Part shown: one piece after another, positions 1-10,952 of the stretch
How positions within the stretch are numbered: position 1 is the first letter of the stretch
How the letters are laid out: every line of letters begins with the position of its first letter
Assembly: GCA_026936335.1 (NCBI GenBank)
Contig: JAPMXV010000017.1
Coordinates: 186,001 to 250,000 of the forward strand
Direction of reading: 5' to 3'
Length of the DNA: 64,000 bases
DNA from: Mantamonas sphyraenae STR306
Lineage: Eukaryota; Protista; CRuMs
Notes under the pieces: generated by a model
What the model saw: only the letters and a program-made list of their open reading frames with translations
Told to the model about the DNA's origin: nothing
Databases searched by the model: none
Program-made: the position numbers and the translations under genes

Positions 1-1797
1 CTTCTTGGCCTTGCCACCCACGCCTTGAAGCCGTTCACGCTTGTGTCCGTGCTTGAGGTCCATGGCAAAGTGCCAGTCTGCGTGCTCCATGCGCCTGGAG
101 ACCTCGACCCACCCACCGCACTTGACACACAATTCCTTGGCCTCTGCTTCTGGTGTGATGTTTCTTTGTGATTGTGTGTGCTTGTTCTTGTGTGACTGTG
201 ATTGTGTGCTCGAGCTCCTGGACAGGTGTGGATGTGCATCGTCCTCATCCTGCGCACGCTCGCCATCTCCACGCCCATGCTCGTCATCATCCTCGTTCTC
301 GTCTTGTTGGTACGGCACCCAATCGTCATCCTGGGTGTGCAAACCGTCCTCAGCGTCGTGCTCGCAACCTGAAGAGGCGTTGTGTGCGCCAAACATGGCG
401 CTGATGTCTCCCATGCCCTGGGTGCTGGAAAAGTTGGTGGCGGTCAGTCCCAGCCAGTGGCAGGGATAGCGCACACGTTGGGGAAATGCCTGAAAGAGGG
501 CGAGGCCAGCTTCTACCAGGCGTGCAGAGAGCTTGTCCTCGGGCGTGCTCATGCTGTACGATGGCATGGCCATGGATTTGTGGAGGGTGGCATAGCGTGT
601 CCCTCCCGGCTTGGACACACCCAAGGTCAACGTGCGTGCGACGCGTCGTTTTGTGTTGAGCTCGTGCAACACGCGGTCGGCAATGTCTGCAGCTAGGGAC
701 TCCATCCATGGCCTCACCCCGCTCAGTTGCCACACCTTTTCAAAGTTCTTTGCAGCCAGCATGGAACGCAACTCTTCACGCTCACGCACTGGTTCGTGAT
801 CGATGCCATTGGCCACCCCAATGGCCCAGGAGGCTGCTTCGTGCGACAATGACCCGTCTCCCGATGTCAGTTCGTCCACAGACGCACGTGCCAGCTGGCC
901 GGCTGTCTCGATGCCCAGGCGGGTCAAGCGTCGTCCCAATTTCCCACCTAAGTTGCGAATGTCGCCCAGCGGGGTTTGCTCCATGAGGGCAGGCAGGCAA
1001 CTGAGGGGTGCCAGAGTCATCTGGTTGGGCTTGTGCATGGAGGAGATGAGCTTGGCCACACTTTTGTTGTGTGCAATGCCTGCCTTCATGGTGTACCCAA
1101 GGGTGTCGTACACGTGAGCACGCACCTCCTGGGCCAGGCACATGCCCAGAAGCAACCGGTGATCAAGCTCGTTGCTGGCCGGCTTGAAGAACGGCGCGTC
1201 GGCATATGTCAACGCTTCCGGATCCACCACACTGCTGATGCCTGCGTCCTTGCCGTCGGTGCCCACCACGTGCCACTTGCTCACTGCCGCCGGACTGCCA
1301 ATCATGCGTTGGATGTACGCCTCGTCGCCTCGCTCAGCAACCAGCTTGTCCACAAAGGCAGTGGCGTCGATGAACACCTCGTCAATGCTGGCCTTTTCAA
1401 TAATAAGTTCGTATGCGCCAAACTGCTTGCGGATGGCTGCCATGATGCGTGCGCTCTCGCGACGGTAGCGTTCAAGCGACACCTTGCCGTTCCTCAACTC
1501 GACCTGGCACACTTGCAGGTCCGGCACCAGCTTCAGTGCCTCCTCCACATTGGTCATGCGCTTGATGCCGCGCTTTTTGGCTGGGTAATTAGCGGCAATA
1601 AGCGCATTCCACTGCGCAACACCAACGGGAACCTCGGCGGGAATCCCGCGGACAATCGCCTCCGCCTGCGCGTAAAAGGCGTCCAGGTCGACCATGATGA
1701 CCACTCGGTCTGGCGTCGATCCACTCCCCTGTACATCCGTCACACTTTCGTTGAGGAAGGGCATGTCGTCCTCCTCCTCGCCCTCCAGCCTGCTCAT
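1..1797 (-). CDS. POLH: Y-family DNA polymerase eta (3' end runs off the window)
   Basis: Manual translation from ATG 1797 gives VIMVDLDAFYAQ, LIAANYPAKKRGI, EKASIDEVFID, AGIAHNKSVAKL and a C-terminal UBZ-like CVKCGGW...EHADWHFA. Absent from the ORF track because the stop codon is outside the window. Confidence 0.9.
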   Translation of the reverse strand, partial: MSRLEGEEEDDMPFLNESVTDVQGSGSTPDRVVIMVDLDAFYAQAEAIVRGIPAEVPVGVAQWNALIAANYPAKKRGIKRMTNVEEALKLVPDLQVCQVELRNGKVSLERYRRESARIMAAIRKQFGAYELIIEKASIDEVFIDATAFVDKLVAERGDEAYIQRMIGSPAAVSKWHVVGTDGKDAGISSVVDPEALTYADAPFFKPASNELDHRLLLGMCLAQEVRAHVYDTLGYTMKAGIAHNKSVAKLISSMHKPNQMTLAPLSCLPALMEQTPLGDIRNLGGKLGRRLTRLGIETAGQLARASVDELTSGDGSLSHEAASWAIGVANGIDHEPVREREELRSMLAAKNFEKVWQLSGVRPWMESLAADIADRVLHELNTKRRVARTLTLGVSKPGGTRYATLHKSMAMPSYSMSTPEDKLSARLVEAGLALFQAFPQRVRYPCHWLGLTATNFSSTQGMGDISAMFGAHNASSGCEHDAEDGLHTQDDDWVPYQQDENEDDDEHGRGDGERAQDEDDAHPHLSRSSSTQSQSHKNKHTQSQRNITPEAEAKELCVKCGGWVEVSRRMEHADWHFAMDLKHGHKRERLQGVGGKAKK

Positions 1798-1969
1798 TCC
1801 TCGTTTCTGCTGCGGGTGTGCGCGCAAACACGGTCGACGGGTGAGGATGTGGTTGGTGATGTGTGGACAGAGAGGGAGTGGAAAGGTGCACGCACGTTGG
1901 GGGGCAAGTGGTCTTGTGTGTGTCTGTGCAGTGCGATGTCCGGGGCACCGCTTTCTTTTTGTGCAATCC

Positions 1970-4196
1970 ATGTCATTGCGCACCAACAGTTTGGAATCAT
2001 CGCAACGCGTACTGCTCGCAGTGTTGGATGCCTGTAACGCTGTGCAACAGAGCCAGAAAGAGGCGCTTGCGACGTTGAGGTCAAGCGGGGTGAGTGGAGC
2101 TGCCAACTTGGACGCAACAACAACACAGGTGGTGCTTTCGTGTCGGCGAGAGCTGGAGGACGCTGTGGCTACGATGCAGCGGCAGATCGATCTGATAGAT
2201 CGTGCGCGGGACAGTCTGGAGAGGGGTCGGGAGCAGAGCGAAAACACAGAAAACACACAGAATTCCTCGCGAGTGTTGGAAGAAGCACTTGAGGCGACGC
2301 GTATGAAGCTCATGGAGACCAGTGAGCTGGAACGTGCGCTTGCGATGAAGCTATGGAGATGGAGGAAGCTACGGAGGATCTGAAGGCCAAGCTGCGTCGT
2401 AGCGAAGAGCAGTTGGCAGGGAAAGAGATGGAGATCGACCAGCTGCAAATCGAACTCGAACAGTGTGATGACACGCCCGAGTTGAACATGAAGCGCAGGG
2501 AGGTCGAGCTTGATGCCAATTCCTTGCGCAGCTTGATAGAGAATCTGCGCATGCAGTTGGATGCCGCAACGTCGCAGTCAATGATGGTGAAGCGTGAGCT
2601 TGTCGATGTGGACGCCATGAAGGAAGAACTGCGTGAAGAACTGGCCGAACTGGAACAGCAATTGAATGCACAGCTGAGGGAGGAGGCACAAACGGTGCGT
2701 ACTGTGTGCGAAGATCCAGTCTCCGAGGACAACGACGAGCAGATGGAGGCGATGCAGCGGGAACAGGAACGACTCAAAGCCATGGCTTCTGCGCTGAACG
2801 ATGAGTATCGTGTCATGCTTGACCGCACGCGAGCGGTGCAGAATGCCACGAGGGAGGTTGAAGCGGCGTTTGAGGCCCGTCGAGCACAGCGCGGGAACAA
2901 CGACGAGAGCAAGCGCGAGCTGGAAGCGATGATGGACGAGATGGAGGCAATGAGAGCAGAAGGCGCCATGTTGCAGGCCATGTGTGACGAACTGAATGAT
3001 GAGAAGCAGGCTGTGGAGGACCGTCTGCGCAAAGCCGAGGCCGACATTGCAGAACGGACTGCGAGCAGGAACAGGAAGCCGTCGAGCAACAGCAGCAGTC
3101 AATCCCAAGCACTGCTGATGAGCCAGGGCGCAAGCCATGACGACAGCACGCGCTTGCAACAAGACCTGGAGGTAGCTGAGGACTCGCTGGCCGAATCGCG
3201 GATGCGCTTGCGAGCTTGTGAACAGCAGATGGAGGATCTGCAGGCAAGGATGAGCGATTTGAGCCACAGAAAGGACGACATGGACCGTGCTGGCGCAGGC
3301 AAAGAAGAGATGGAACGTGAGGAGGAGAAACTGCAGGAGTGTCAAGAAGAGATCCTGGCGATGATGGACGAGTTTGAGTTCATTCAGCGGAGATTGCGTG
3401 CGGATGAAGAGCGCGTGCATGAGCTCCATGCTCAGCTTGCGAGCACGCAGTCGAGCAGCGGAATGTTGCAAGACATCAGCTCGATCTCGGACGACGAAGA
3501 GAGAATGATGATGGCCGACATGATTCGCGAACGCGACAGGCGTGTGGCGGCGGAAGAGGGCGCACAAGAGGAGAGGCGACGTGAAGCAGAACAGAGGGAA
3601 TTGCGTGCTGTGTCCGAGAGTGTCCAACAACAGCTTGCAGCCGTCACGGATGAAGCGGACAGATCGAGCGCCCTGCAACGTGAACACGAGTCACGCCTGA
3701 GGGCCATGCGGGATCAACTGCAGCAGACCGAACAAGAGACTATGACGTTGGAACGGCAACTGATGGTTGCGAAAGCGGCCATTGAGGAAACCATGTGTGC
3801 ACGCGAGGAACTGATGGAATCGCTGGAGGGCGCCATGTCTGCACAGGACAGCGCACGCACTGCTGAGCTCCGATCAAAGCTGGAGGAGTGGGAAGAACGC
3901 GTGATGAGTAGCGAGATGGAGCTGGAACACACAATGGTGCGATTGCATGAGAGTCAGCAAGTCCGCGAAGTGCGGAGAGGGAAATGGAGAGGGTGGAGCG
4001 TGAGGCAGCCAGAGCCGCGGCCATGGCGAGGGAGTTGCAACTGCACGCTAGGGTGCTTGAGGAGGAGCTGCATTCCATTGAGGCCCGAATGGGGGTGACC
4101 TCGACGACGACGACGACCACAACGGCCACAACCACCACCCACAGCGCAGCAGAGGCAGATGAGGATGTTGACGTGAACCGGAAGCAAACAGCATGA
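1970..4196 (+). CDS. Long coiled-coil protein of unknown family, split by two apparent 1-nt frameshifts (about 2340 and 3970)
   Basis: ORFs 1694..2383, 2353..4098 and 3984..4196 form continuous E/Q/R/M-rich heptad sequence. Likely ATG at 1970. Confidence 0.65.
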
Positions 4197-4245
4197 GGCA
4201 AGGGAGTGGGAGTGGGCGAGAGAGGGAGTGTGTGGAATGCATTGC

Positions 4246-6146
4246 CTACAAATCATCGTAGCTGATGTTGCCCTTGGTGACCTGGCGCTGGTCAAGAGGC
4301 CCGTTGAGGTCAACATCGACAGAAAACACGAGATCGGGCAGGGAGACCTCTTCAAACTCGACGTGATTGTACAGTTGGGACACGCTGTCGAGGTACTCGA
4401 TGCGGGAGTAGAAATCGGCGGTGGGGGAGACAAACCAGAAGAAGGCCTTGACCCAGAAGCTGGTGTGGAGGACGTAGAGACGGCGCAGGTTGTTGGAGTA
4501 GTGTGGGATGCTGCTGAACAGGGTGTAACACGAGTAGAGCCACTGATAGGTGGGCAGGTTTTCGCTCTCGGTGCCCGAGTGGCAGTAGACCACAACGTAG
4601 TCGTCACGTGCAACAGGTTCCAGGACACTGACGATGTAGGCCATGGCCAGCTCCAGGTCGACCTCGTTGGCAGGAAAATGGGCGCCAACGACCACGAGGA
4701 TGGTGCGGCCGTGCGGATCGTGGCCGCTTGTGTACATGAACTTGAGGTCTGCATACGGCCTCATATTGTTCTGGCGCGCCATGCGCTGGTATTTGCTGAT
4801 GGCCAGCTGGGCCTCTTCGTATTCGCGCTCCTTGCGCGGCTTGTTGGCCAGTTTGTTCATCTTTTTCACGTCATAGTCCTCGCTCATGCTGCTAAAATGG
4901 GATGCAGACACACTGCCCACAATGCTGTCGCCTTCAAAGAAGGACGTGGTGCCTGCTGAGGAAGAGGAGGAGCCCGACGGGGAGGAAGACGAGGCGGCGG
5001 AAGCGTCGTCCAGGCCCCCCAGGGCCGAGATGCGAATGTTGCGCTCCTCCAGCACCGTTTCGCCGTTCTCGTTGCCAATGTCTTTGGGCAGGTTGAAACG
5101 AGCGAGATCGGCCTCGGTGTCGTTGCGTGGAAAGTACAGGGGCAGGATGCTGCAGTAGACGTCACGCATCTTGTCCTGTGTGCCCTGAGGCAGCACCAGC
5201 ACCAGAGCATCCACCTGGTCACCGTAGCGTTCGAGGAAACGACGCAGGGTGCGCAGAGCAATGTGTGCGCCGTGGGTGGGTGGGAAGCCACGCTGCTGGG
5301 AATGGAGCACGGGAAAGGCAATGGAGCTCTGCTTGTTTTCCAGCAGCCTCTGCATGCTGTTTCGGTAGCAATTGTGCAGCGCATTCTCGGCTGCTGTTTG
5401 GTACTTGATGTTGAAGCGTGGTCCCACCGTCAGGATTACGTTGCTGTGTCCCGTTCTGTGTCAGCCAGGAGTGCGTTCACGCAACGAGCACACACACATC
5501 CGCCAGCAAGCACGTTGGCGCACGCCACACGCCCAACAGCCACTTCCGAGCGTGTGTGATGACCACGCAGGGACGCCATGGCCATGTGGCTACGTGCTGG
5601 TTTGGTCTATGAAGTGGGCAATGACACAAGCGTGTGGGGGGAGTTGAACACTGCACGCGTCGGGAGGGCATGTGCAGCCTGTCGTGTTGCGGGCGCCCGC
5701 TGGGACATACGAAAGGTGTGGGGCAAACACAAACACAATCACACTCACCTGGCAGGCAATTCAAAGCCCTTGACAATCTCTGCATCGCCAGTGCGGCAGC
5801 CATCGAGGCTGGCGACGGCCACTTCGAGCTCGACGCCGGCTGCGTGAAAGATCTTGCCGGCGACGCCCTGACGGTCGGTGAGGGCCTCGTTGGAGGGACA
5901 AACGATGGCGTCAACGGCCAAACGTGTGATGTCGCCACTCCAGGCAAGGAGTTTGCGGTTGATGGCGTCGTCTGGAGCAAATGGAGGCGTTTCAAACACG
6001 GGTTGGTCGACGGCCTTGTCTGCCAAGATGCCGGCGTCGTCGTCAGCCCAGCAGGTGAGCGAGGCCACGTCGACCGCTGTACCTCGGGTCTTGTTGACAA
6101 CCAACACGCCTGTGTCCACGTCTGTGCCTGTGCCCAACAGCGACAT
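4246..6146 (-). CDS. GDAP2: GDAP2-like protein (Macro + CRAL-TRIO/Sec14), one intron at about 5450-5749
   Basis: Macro motifs WSGDITRLAVDAIV, GCRTGDAEIVKGFELPAR and TVGPRFNIKYQTAAENALHNCYRN. CRAL-TRIO motifs YTSGHDPHGRTILVVVG and NNLRRLYVLH. Confidence 0.9.
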
Positions 6147-6277
6147 GGGATGTGTGGAAAAGAAACAGAGAACGCGCAGTTGGTGTGGCCGGGATGGTGA
6201 ATGTGGTGGTGATGAAGGAGATGGAGATGGGCAGCGATGGCAGCATTCCATTGAGGTTTCACTCCGGGTGTCTTGCT

Positions 6278-7261
6278 TCACAGGCCGCGACGGTGGTTGA
6301 CATCGTCGAGATCGGCGGCACCGGTGGATTCTTGGGTGGCGGCGCTTTCGACGCTGTCCACGCTGCCAACACTGGATCGACGTGTGCGCTGACTGGGCAG
6401 AGTGGGCATCGTGGGTGCAGCAGACGTGGTCGTCACCCTGGTGCTGGCTGCGATGGACAACGACGCAATCAAGCGGTTGTTTTCCTCCAACAAGGAGTCA
6501 AAGGAGGTGTTGTCGTTGCTGGTGTTGGTGTTGGCCTGTGACGTCTCCACAGCGTTCGTGCTCTGCGGAACGTTGCTGGTGATGTACGTCGAGTTGGTGT
6601 TTTCGTTTCCGTTGGACGTGGTGATTGTCGCCCTTGACCAGGACGTTGTGAGCACCGGTGCTTCGATGCTCGAGCGTCGGGTTCTGCGCACAGGGCTTGT
6701 TGTCTGCCCAGCATTGGTGGTGCTGGGCGTAGTGTTGTTGCTATCGTTGCCGTAGGACGTGGTGATTGCCGTCGATGCCCAGGCCGTTGAGGTCAGCGGC
6801 GAACTGGGTGCTTCGATGCTCGAGCGTCGGGTTCTGCGCACGGGGCTTGTGGTTTGCCCAGCGTTGGTGGTGCTGTATGTCGAGTTGGTGTTTGTGTTGC
6901 CGTAGGACGAGGTGACTCCAACCGATGCCCAGGTATTCGACGTCAGCGGCGAACTGGGTGCTTCGATGCTCGAGCGTCGGGTTCTGCGCACGGGGCTGCG
7001 ACTACGACTGCGACTACGACTACGACTACGACTGCGACTGCGACTGCGACTGCGGCTGCGACTACGGCTGCGACTACGACTGCGCACGGGACTGCGGGCG
7101 CGCCCTCCAGAGGGACGGGCAGGAGCGCGTCGACGAGCGAGGACGGTCGTGCGGAAGCCAGTGGCTTGAGCAGGCGCAGTGGGAGCCTCTTGTGCAGAAG
7201 GGGTGAGGTCAAGCGACAGCTGCTGCTCTTCCCCTCCGTCGACAGACAATCTACGCATCAT
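6278..7261 (-). CDS. Low-complexity Ser/Thr/Arg-rich protein with an (SR)n tract and three 50-aa repeats
   Basis: ORF 6278..7387, likely start MMRRLSVDG at 7261. Repeated unit TTSPVRRTRRSSIEAP. Confidence 0.55.
   Translation of the reverse strand: MMRRLSVDGGEEQQLSLDLTPSAQEAPTAPAQATGFRTTVLARRRAPARPSGGRARSPVRSRSRSRSRSRSRSRSRSRSRSRSRSRSRSPVRRTRRSSIEAPSSPLTSNTWASVGVTSSYGNTNTNSTYSTTNAGQTTSPVRRTRRSSIEAPSSPLTSTAWASTAITTSYGNDSNNTTPSTTNAGQTTSPVRRTRRSSIEAPVLTTSWSRATITTSNGNENTNSTYITSNVPQSTNAVETSQANTNTSNDNTSFDSLLEENNRLIASLSIAASTRVTTTSAAPTMPTLPSQRTRRSSVGSVDSVESAATQESTGAADLDDVNHRRGL
6655..7000. repeat. Three copies of a 150-bp-period tandem repeat
   Basis: cttcgatgctcgagcgtcgggttctgcgcac starts at 6661, 6811 and 6961. 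Confidence 0.9.
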
Positions 7262-7413
7262 GTTTGCGGTGTTTGGTTTTTGTGGAATTCCGAGCGCAAG
7301 CTGCTCTTTTTCTTTTCTTTTTCTGATGCCATTCGCGTTTGCTTCCTCCCGACTCATGTCTCCGTTCACACGACAGCAAAGGTGCAAGGTGGATGGTGGT
7401 GGATCAACTCCAA

Positions 7414-7961
7414 TCAGAAGCGCACGCGGTGGTTTGCGTCGAAGGTGAGGTCTCCATCCACGCTGCTACGGCGGTTCCGCGGCGGCGGGGGACTGCCGTC
7501 GCTGCTGCTGTCACTGCTGCTGCTGCTGCTGCTGCCGCTGCCGCTGCTGCTTCGTCGTCGTCGTCGTCGTCGTTGGCGTCGTGACACGGAATTCTCGGTG
7601 GTTGTGGTCTGCGCAGAGGCCTCGTCAAGGACTTCGCTCACCAGCGCAGCTGTGCCGAGAAGTGCCAACGTTCCTGTGAGTGTGTCCACGTCCTCACCGC
7701 CGTTGCTTGCTCGTCGTTGCGTCGATCTGGTCGTCGTGGTCGCATTGTTGTGGTTCTGGTCTGCCTTTGCCCCCTTTTCAATCTCCTCCAATGCTTCGCT
7801 GGCCATAGCCACGCCTCCCAACAGTGCCAATGTCCCTGCAAGCTCATCCACAGCATCTTCCACCTTGTCATTGGCGTTCTTCCTGTTCTTGCGTTCCTTG
7901 CGAGCACGCCTCCTTGTCGTCTTTTTCCTGCTGGCCTTTGCATGCCCTCGCCCACTGCTGC

Positions 7962-8013
<52 letters not shown>

Positions 8014-8469
8014 GCTGCTGTCGCTACTGTCGCTGTCGCTGTCGCTGTCGCCGTGCTTTCTGGCTCGCCGCTGCTTGCGACGCACTTTCCGGCCGCTGCC
8101 CTTCTTTTCCACTGGATTGCTGTCGCTGCTGCTTCCACTGTCGCTGTCGCTGAATGTGGTGCCACTGACTCGCGCAGAGATCGAAATCGTGTTGCTGGCC
8201 TCGTGGTCTTCCAGGGCGTCCTCCAGCTGCTCCCTGGTCTCCAGCAATGCCATCTTCGACTCCTGCAGCTCCTCCAGACCCTTCTGCACGCGCAATATGC
8301 CCTCTTCGTCGCCCTCTTCTTCAAGCTCGTTCAGCGCAAGCAGAAGCTCCGCCTTGGCCCTCGAAACTTCCGCCAGCCCTTCCTCCACATCTGCCGTGTC
8401 TTCCAACAGCTCCGCCTCCACCTCCGCCTCGTACACCTCGTCCAGTTCTTCTCTTGATCCTCGTGGCAT
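7414..8469 (-). CDS. Acidic/Ser-rich hypothetical protein
   Basis: 351-aa ORF with an N-terminal acidic coiled coil, poly-Ser tracts and two copies of LxGTLALLG. Confidence 0.55.
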
Positions 8470-8514
8470 GTTTCTTGTTCACAAAGGCAAACCCTTGTTT
8501 CAATCTGATTGGCT

Positions 8515-10613
8515 TCATTCGCGCCTCTCCTCCTCCACCTGCTTCTTGGCCGCTGCTACTCCCTCGGCCACCTCCTTCAGCCTCTGCATGGTGTGTTGCT
8601 TGTGGGCAGTCAGCTGCTCCACGACCTGCTCCATCACTCCACGCATCTCTGCAAGCTCAGCCTCCTGCTCCACCGCAAGCTTCTCCTTGGCTGCCAGCGT
8701 TTCGCGCAGGCGCATGTTGCTCGCCTCCAGCGCCTCTTCGCTGGCTGCCACACGCATGGCTTCCATCTGCTCCTCCATCGCACCCATTTTCTTGTCGTGG
8801 CGATCCAGCATGCGTTGCATGGCGTTCTTCAGTCCCTGGCACGCGTCCTCCTGCTCCTTGATGGCACCCTCCAGACGCTGGTGGTCCGCCTCCAGGTCGT
8901 CCAGGTCGCCCTGGATGCGCTCCATCTGGTCCATCGACACCTGCAGGTCGCTCTCTGCCGTGCTCTGCTCCACCGCAAACGTCTCCTTCAGCGCCACCAG
9001 CGCCGGCCGGATGTCCTTCTTCATGTCCACGTTCAGCACCTCGCTGGCCTTGGTAGCGTCCACGTTCACCGTCGCTTCAAAGGCCACACCGTTGGCGCGC
9101 TCGCTGCTCTCGGGCACCAGGTCCAGTGCGCTCACCTTGCCGTTGTACGCCTCCACGATCCCCTCCAGCTCCGACGCCTCCTGCGCAATCTGCAACTGCT
9201 GCTGCCATGTCACTTTGTCCACCTTGGCACGCTTGCCCTCCACCTCTTCCAGTCGCTCCTGCAGCTCGTTGCGCTCGGCCGTCATGCGCAACACGTCCTC
9301 CTCCTTGATTTCCTGTGCCTCCAGCTGTGCCTCCAGCGCAGTGCGCGTCTCACGCAGGGCCTCCACCTCCACCTGCTTGCGTTCCAGTTCGCTGCTGTTC
9401 TCCATGAGCTTCTTCTCCAGCATGTCCTGGTGCTCCTGCAGCTCCTGGATCAGCTTGTTGAACTTGACCAGATCCGCCTGCACATCGTCGCGGTTGCTCG
9501 TTGCCTCTTCCAACGGCGAGGGTCCACTCGTCAGCTCCTCGTACTCGCCGTACAGTGCGTCGTTCTCCTCCTTCAGCGCCTCGTTGCCTTCGCGCACCAC
9601 GCCGTTCTTCTCCTCAAACACATTCTTCAGCTCCGCATCCAGTTCCGAAAAGTCGTCCTCTCCCTCCAGGAACTGTGCGTATGCCTTGCTCAGATACTCA
9701 AAGAACAGAGTCTCGCCCATCTCCTCCAGGGCCTCCATCTCTGCCTGCTGCTCCTTCTTCTGCTCCTCGTAGTTCAGCAGCTCCACAATCCACGTCAGCG
9801 CCGCCAGCATGCTCGGCCATGAATGAGGCGACCCGGGTGCCACCACTGCGCTCTTGTTGATCTTCACCGGATAACTGTGTCACATTGCCCCGCGGCCCGC
9901 GCTGTCAGTTGCTCCGCGCCAAAACGTGGAAATCATCACCAAACGCCCCACACACAGACACACACACACCACGCCTCCATTGCACTTACCGCAGACGCTG
10001 AAAGATCATCACCACCTCGTCCTCGGGGCTCTTGGGCGAGAACTGAAAGTGCGGGTCGATCTGGTTGTAGAGGAACTGCAGGATGTGCAGAAAGTCCTTT
10101 GTGGACGGCCCGGACAGCGATTTGGGTGTCATCGTCTGGTCGAATCCGTGCGCAGAGAGGTAGGCAATCAGAGTGCGGACGCATCCGGTCTGGTATGCCT
10201 TTTCCTTGATGGGGCGCGGGTCGCTACGCTTGCCCGAGCCGCCACGTGTGCTGTACACGCTCGAACGGCGTCTGTGAAACGCAGGTGTCAGCGCGGATTT
10301 TTCGTCATGTGGCCGTTTGGTGTTTTGGCGCCAAGCCGCACTCGCGGGGTCCCATACGTGGAAGGAAGCATGGAGGCATGGACGGTGCATGTGTATGTGT
10401 ATGTGTATGTGTGTGCACAACGTACGAGGTGCTCGCTGTGGAATAGCGCGAGCTGTTGGGTCCCAGCGAGTGGTTTCGTGCGGGCGCGGCCATCGAGAGC
10501 CGGCCTTTGCCCTTGCTTTCGTGCGTCGACTTGAGGCTGCTCCCCATCGATGCACGCGTGTTCAGGCTGGTCTGGGACAATGGTCCCAGAGTCGTACGGC
10601 GTGTCGTTGCCAT
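8515..10613 (-). CDS. NDC80: Kinetochore protein NDC80/HEC1 (3 exons)
   Basis: Basic N-tail (MATTRRTTLGPLS), CH-domain motifs DPRPIKEKAYQ, PSTKDFLHILQFLYNQID and YP...APGSPHSWPSMLAALTW, then a long coiled coil. GT-AG introns. Confidence 0.93.
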
Positions 10614-10809
10614 TGTTTGTGTGTCGTGTGTTTGTGCTTGAGTGTGTGCGTGGATTGGGGTTTTGTTGGCTGCTCCGTCGTGGCCTCATCTTCATCATCT
10701 GTATTCCTATTTGCAAAACAGCGCGCCGTCGCACGCAATCGTCACACCACGTATATTCGACACACACACATCGAATGAAGTCACGATCAGGTCACAACGG
10801 TGTTAGTTG

Positions 10810-10952
10810 ACGGCTAGGGGGGGGGGTGGGGCGGAAGGGGGCGAATCCGGGCAAATCAAATCCCACAAACTCACATTATGAATGTGTTTGGGTCGTGTGT
10901 TTCGTCCCAATGTGTGTGTGTGTGTGTGTGTGCGATGCAGACGTGGTTGTTC
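10810..10952 (-). ncRNA. Candidate omegaRNA scaffold / element right end
   Basis: Lies immediately 3' of the Fanzor-like stop codon. Contains inverted repeats (cacatt-atg-aatgtg with flanking caaa/tttg; ttggg...cccaa). Positional inference only. Confidence 0.35.

Noticed and set aside
5540-5640. Intronic C/D snoRNA in the GDAP2 intron (gtgatga)
   Set aside because: The C-box-like motif is antisense to the host gene and no matching D box or terminal stem is visible.
6655-7000. CRISPR-like array (conserved ~35-bp blocks at regular spacing)
   Set aside because: The intervening sequences are also homologous and the unit is an in-frame 150-bp coding repeat in a eukaryotic gene.
6854-9772. 972-aa plus-strand ORF and other long antisense ORFs (e.g. 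30587..32866, 49730..52057, 59102..61369)
   Set aside because: Shadow ORFs produced by GC-rich codon bias opposite real genes.
10814-10852. Helitron 3' end (CTAG on the minus strand) for the Fanzor element
   Set aside because: CTAG is not followed by T, there is no clear GC hairpin just upstream, and no RepHel ORF is present. The G-rich tract may form a G-quadruplex but that cannot be supported further.
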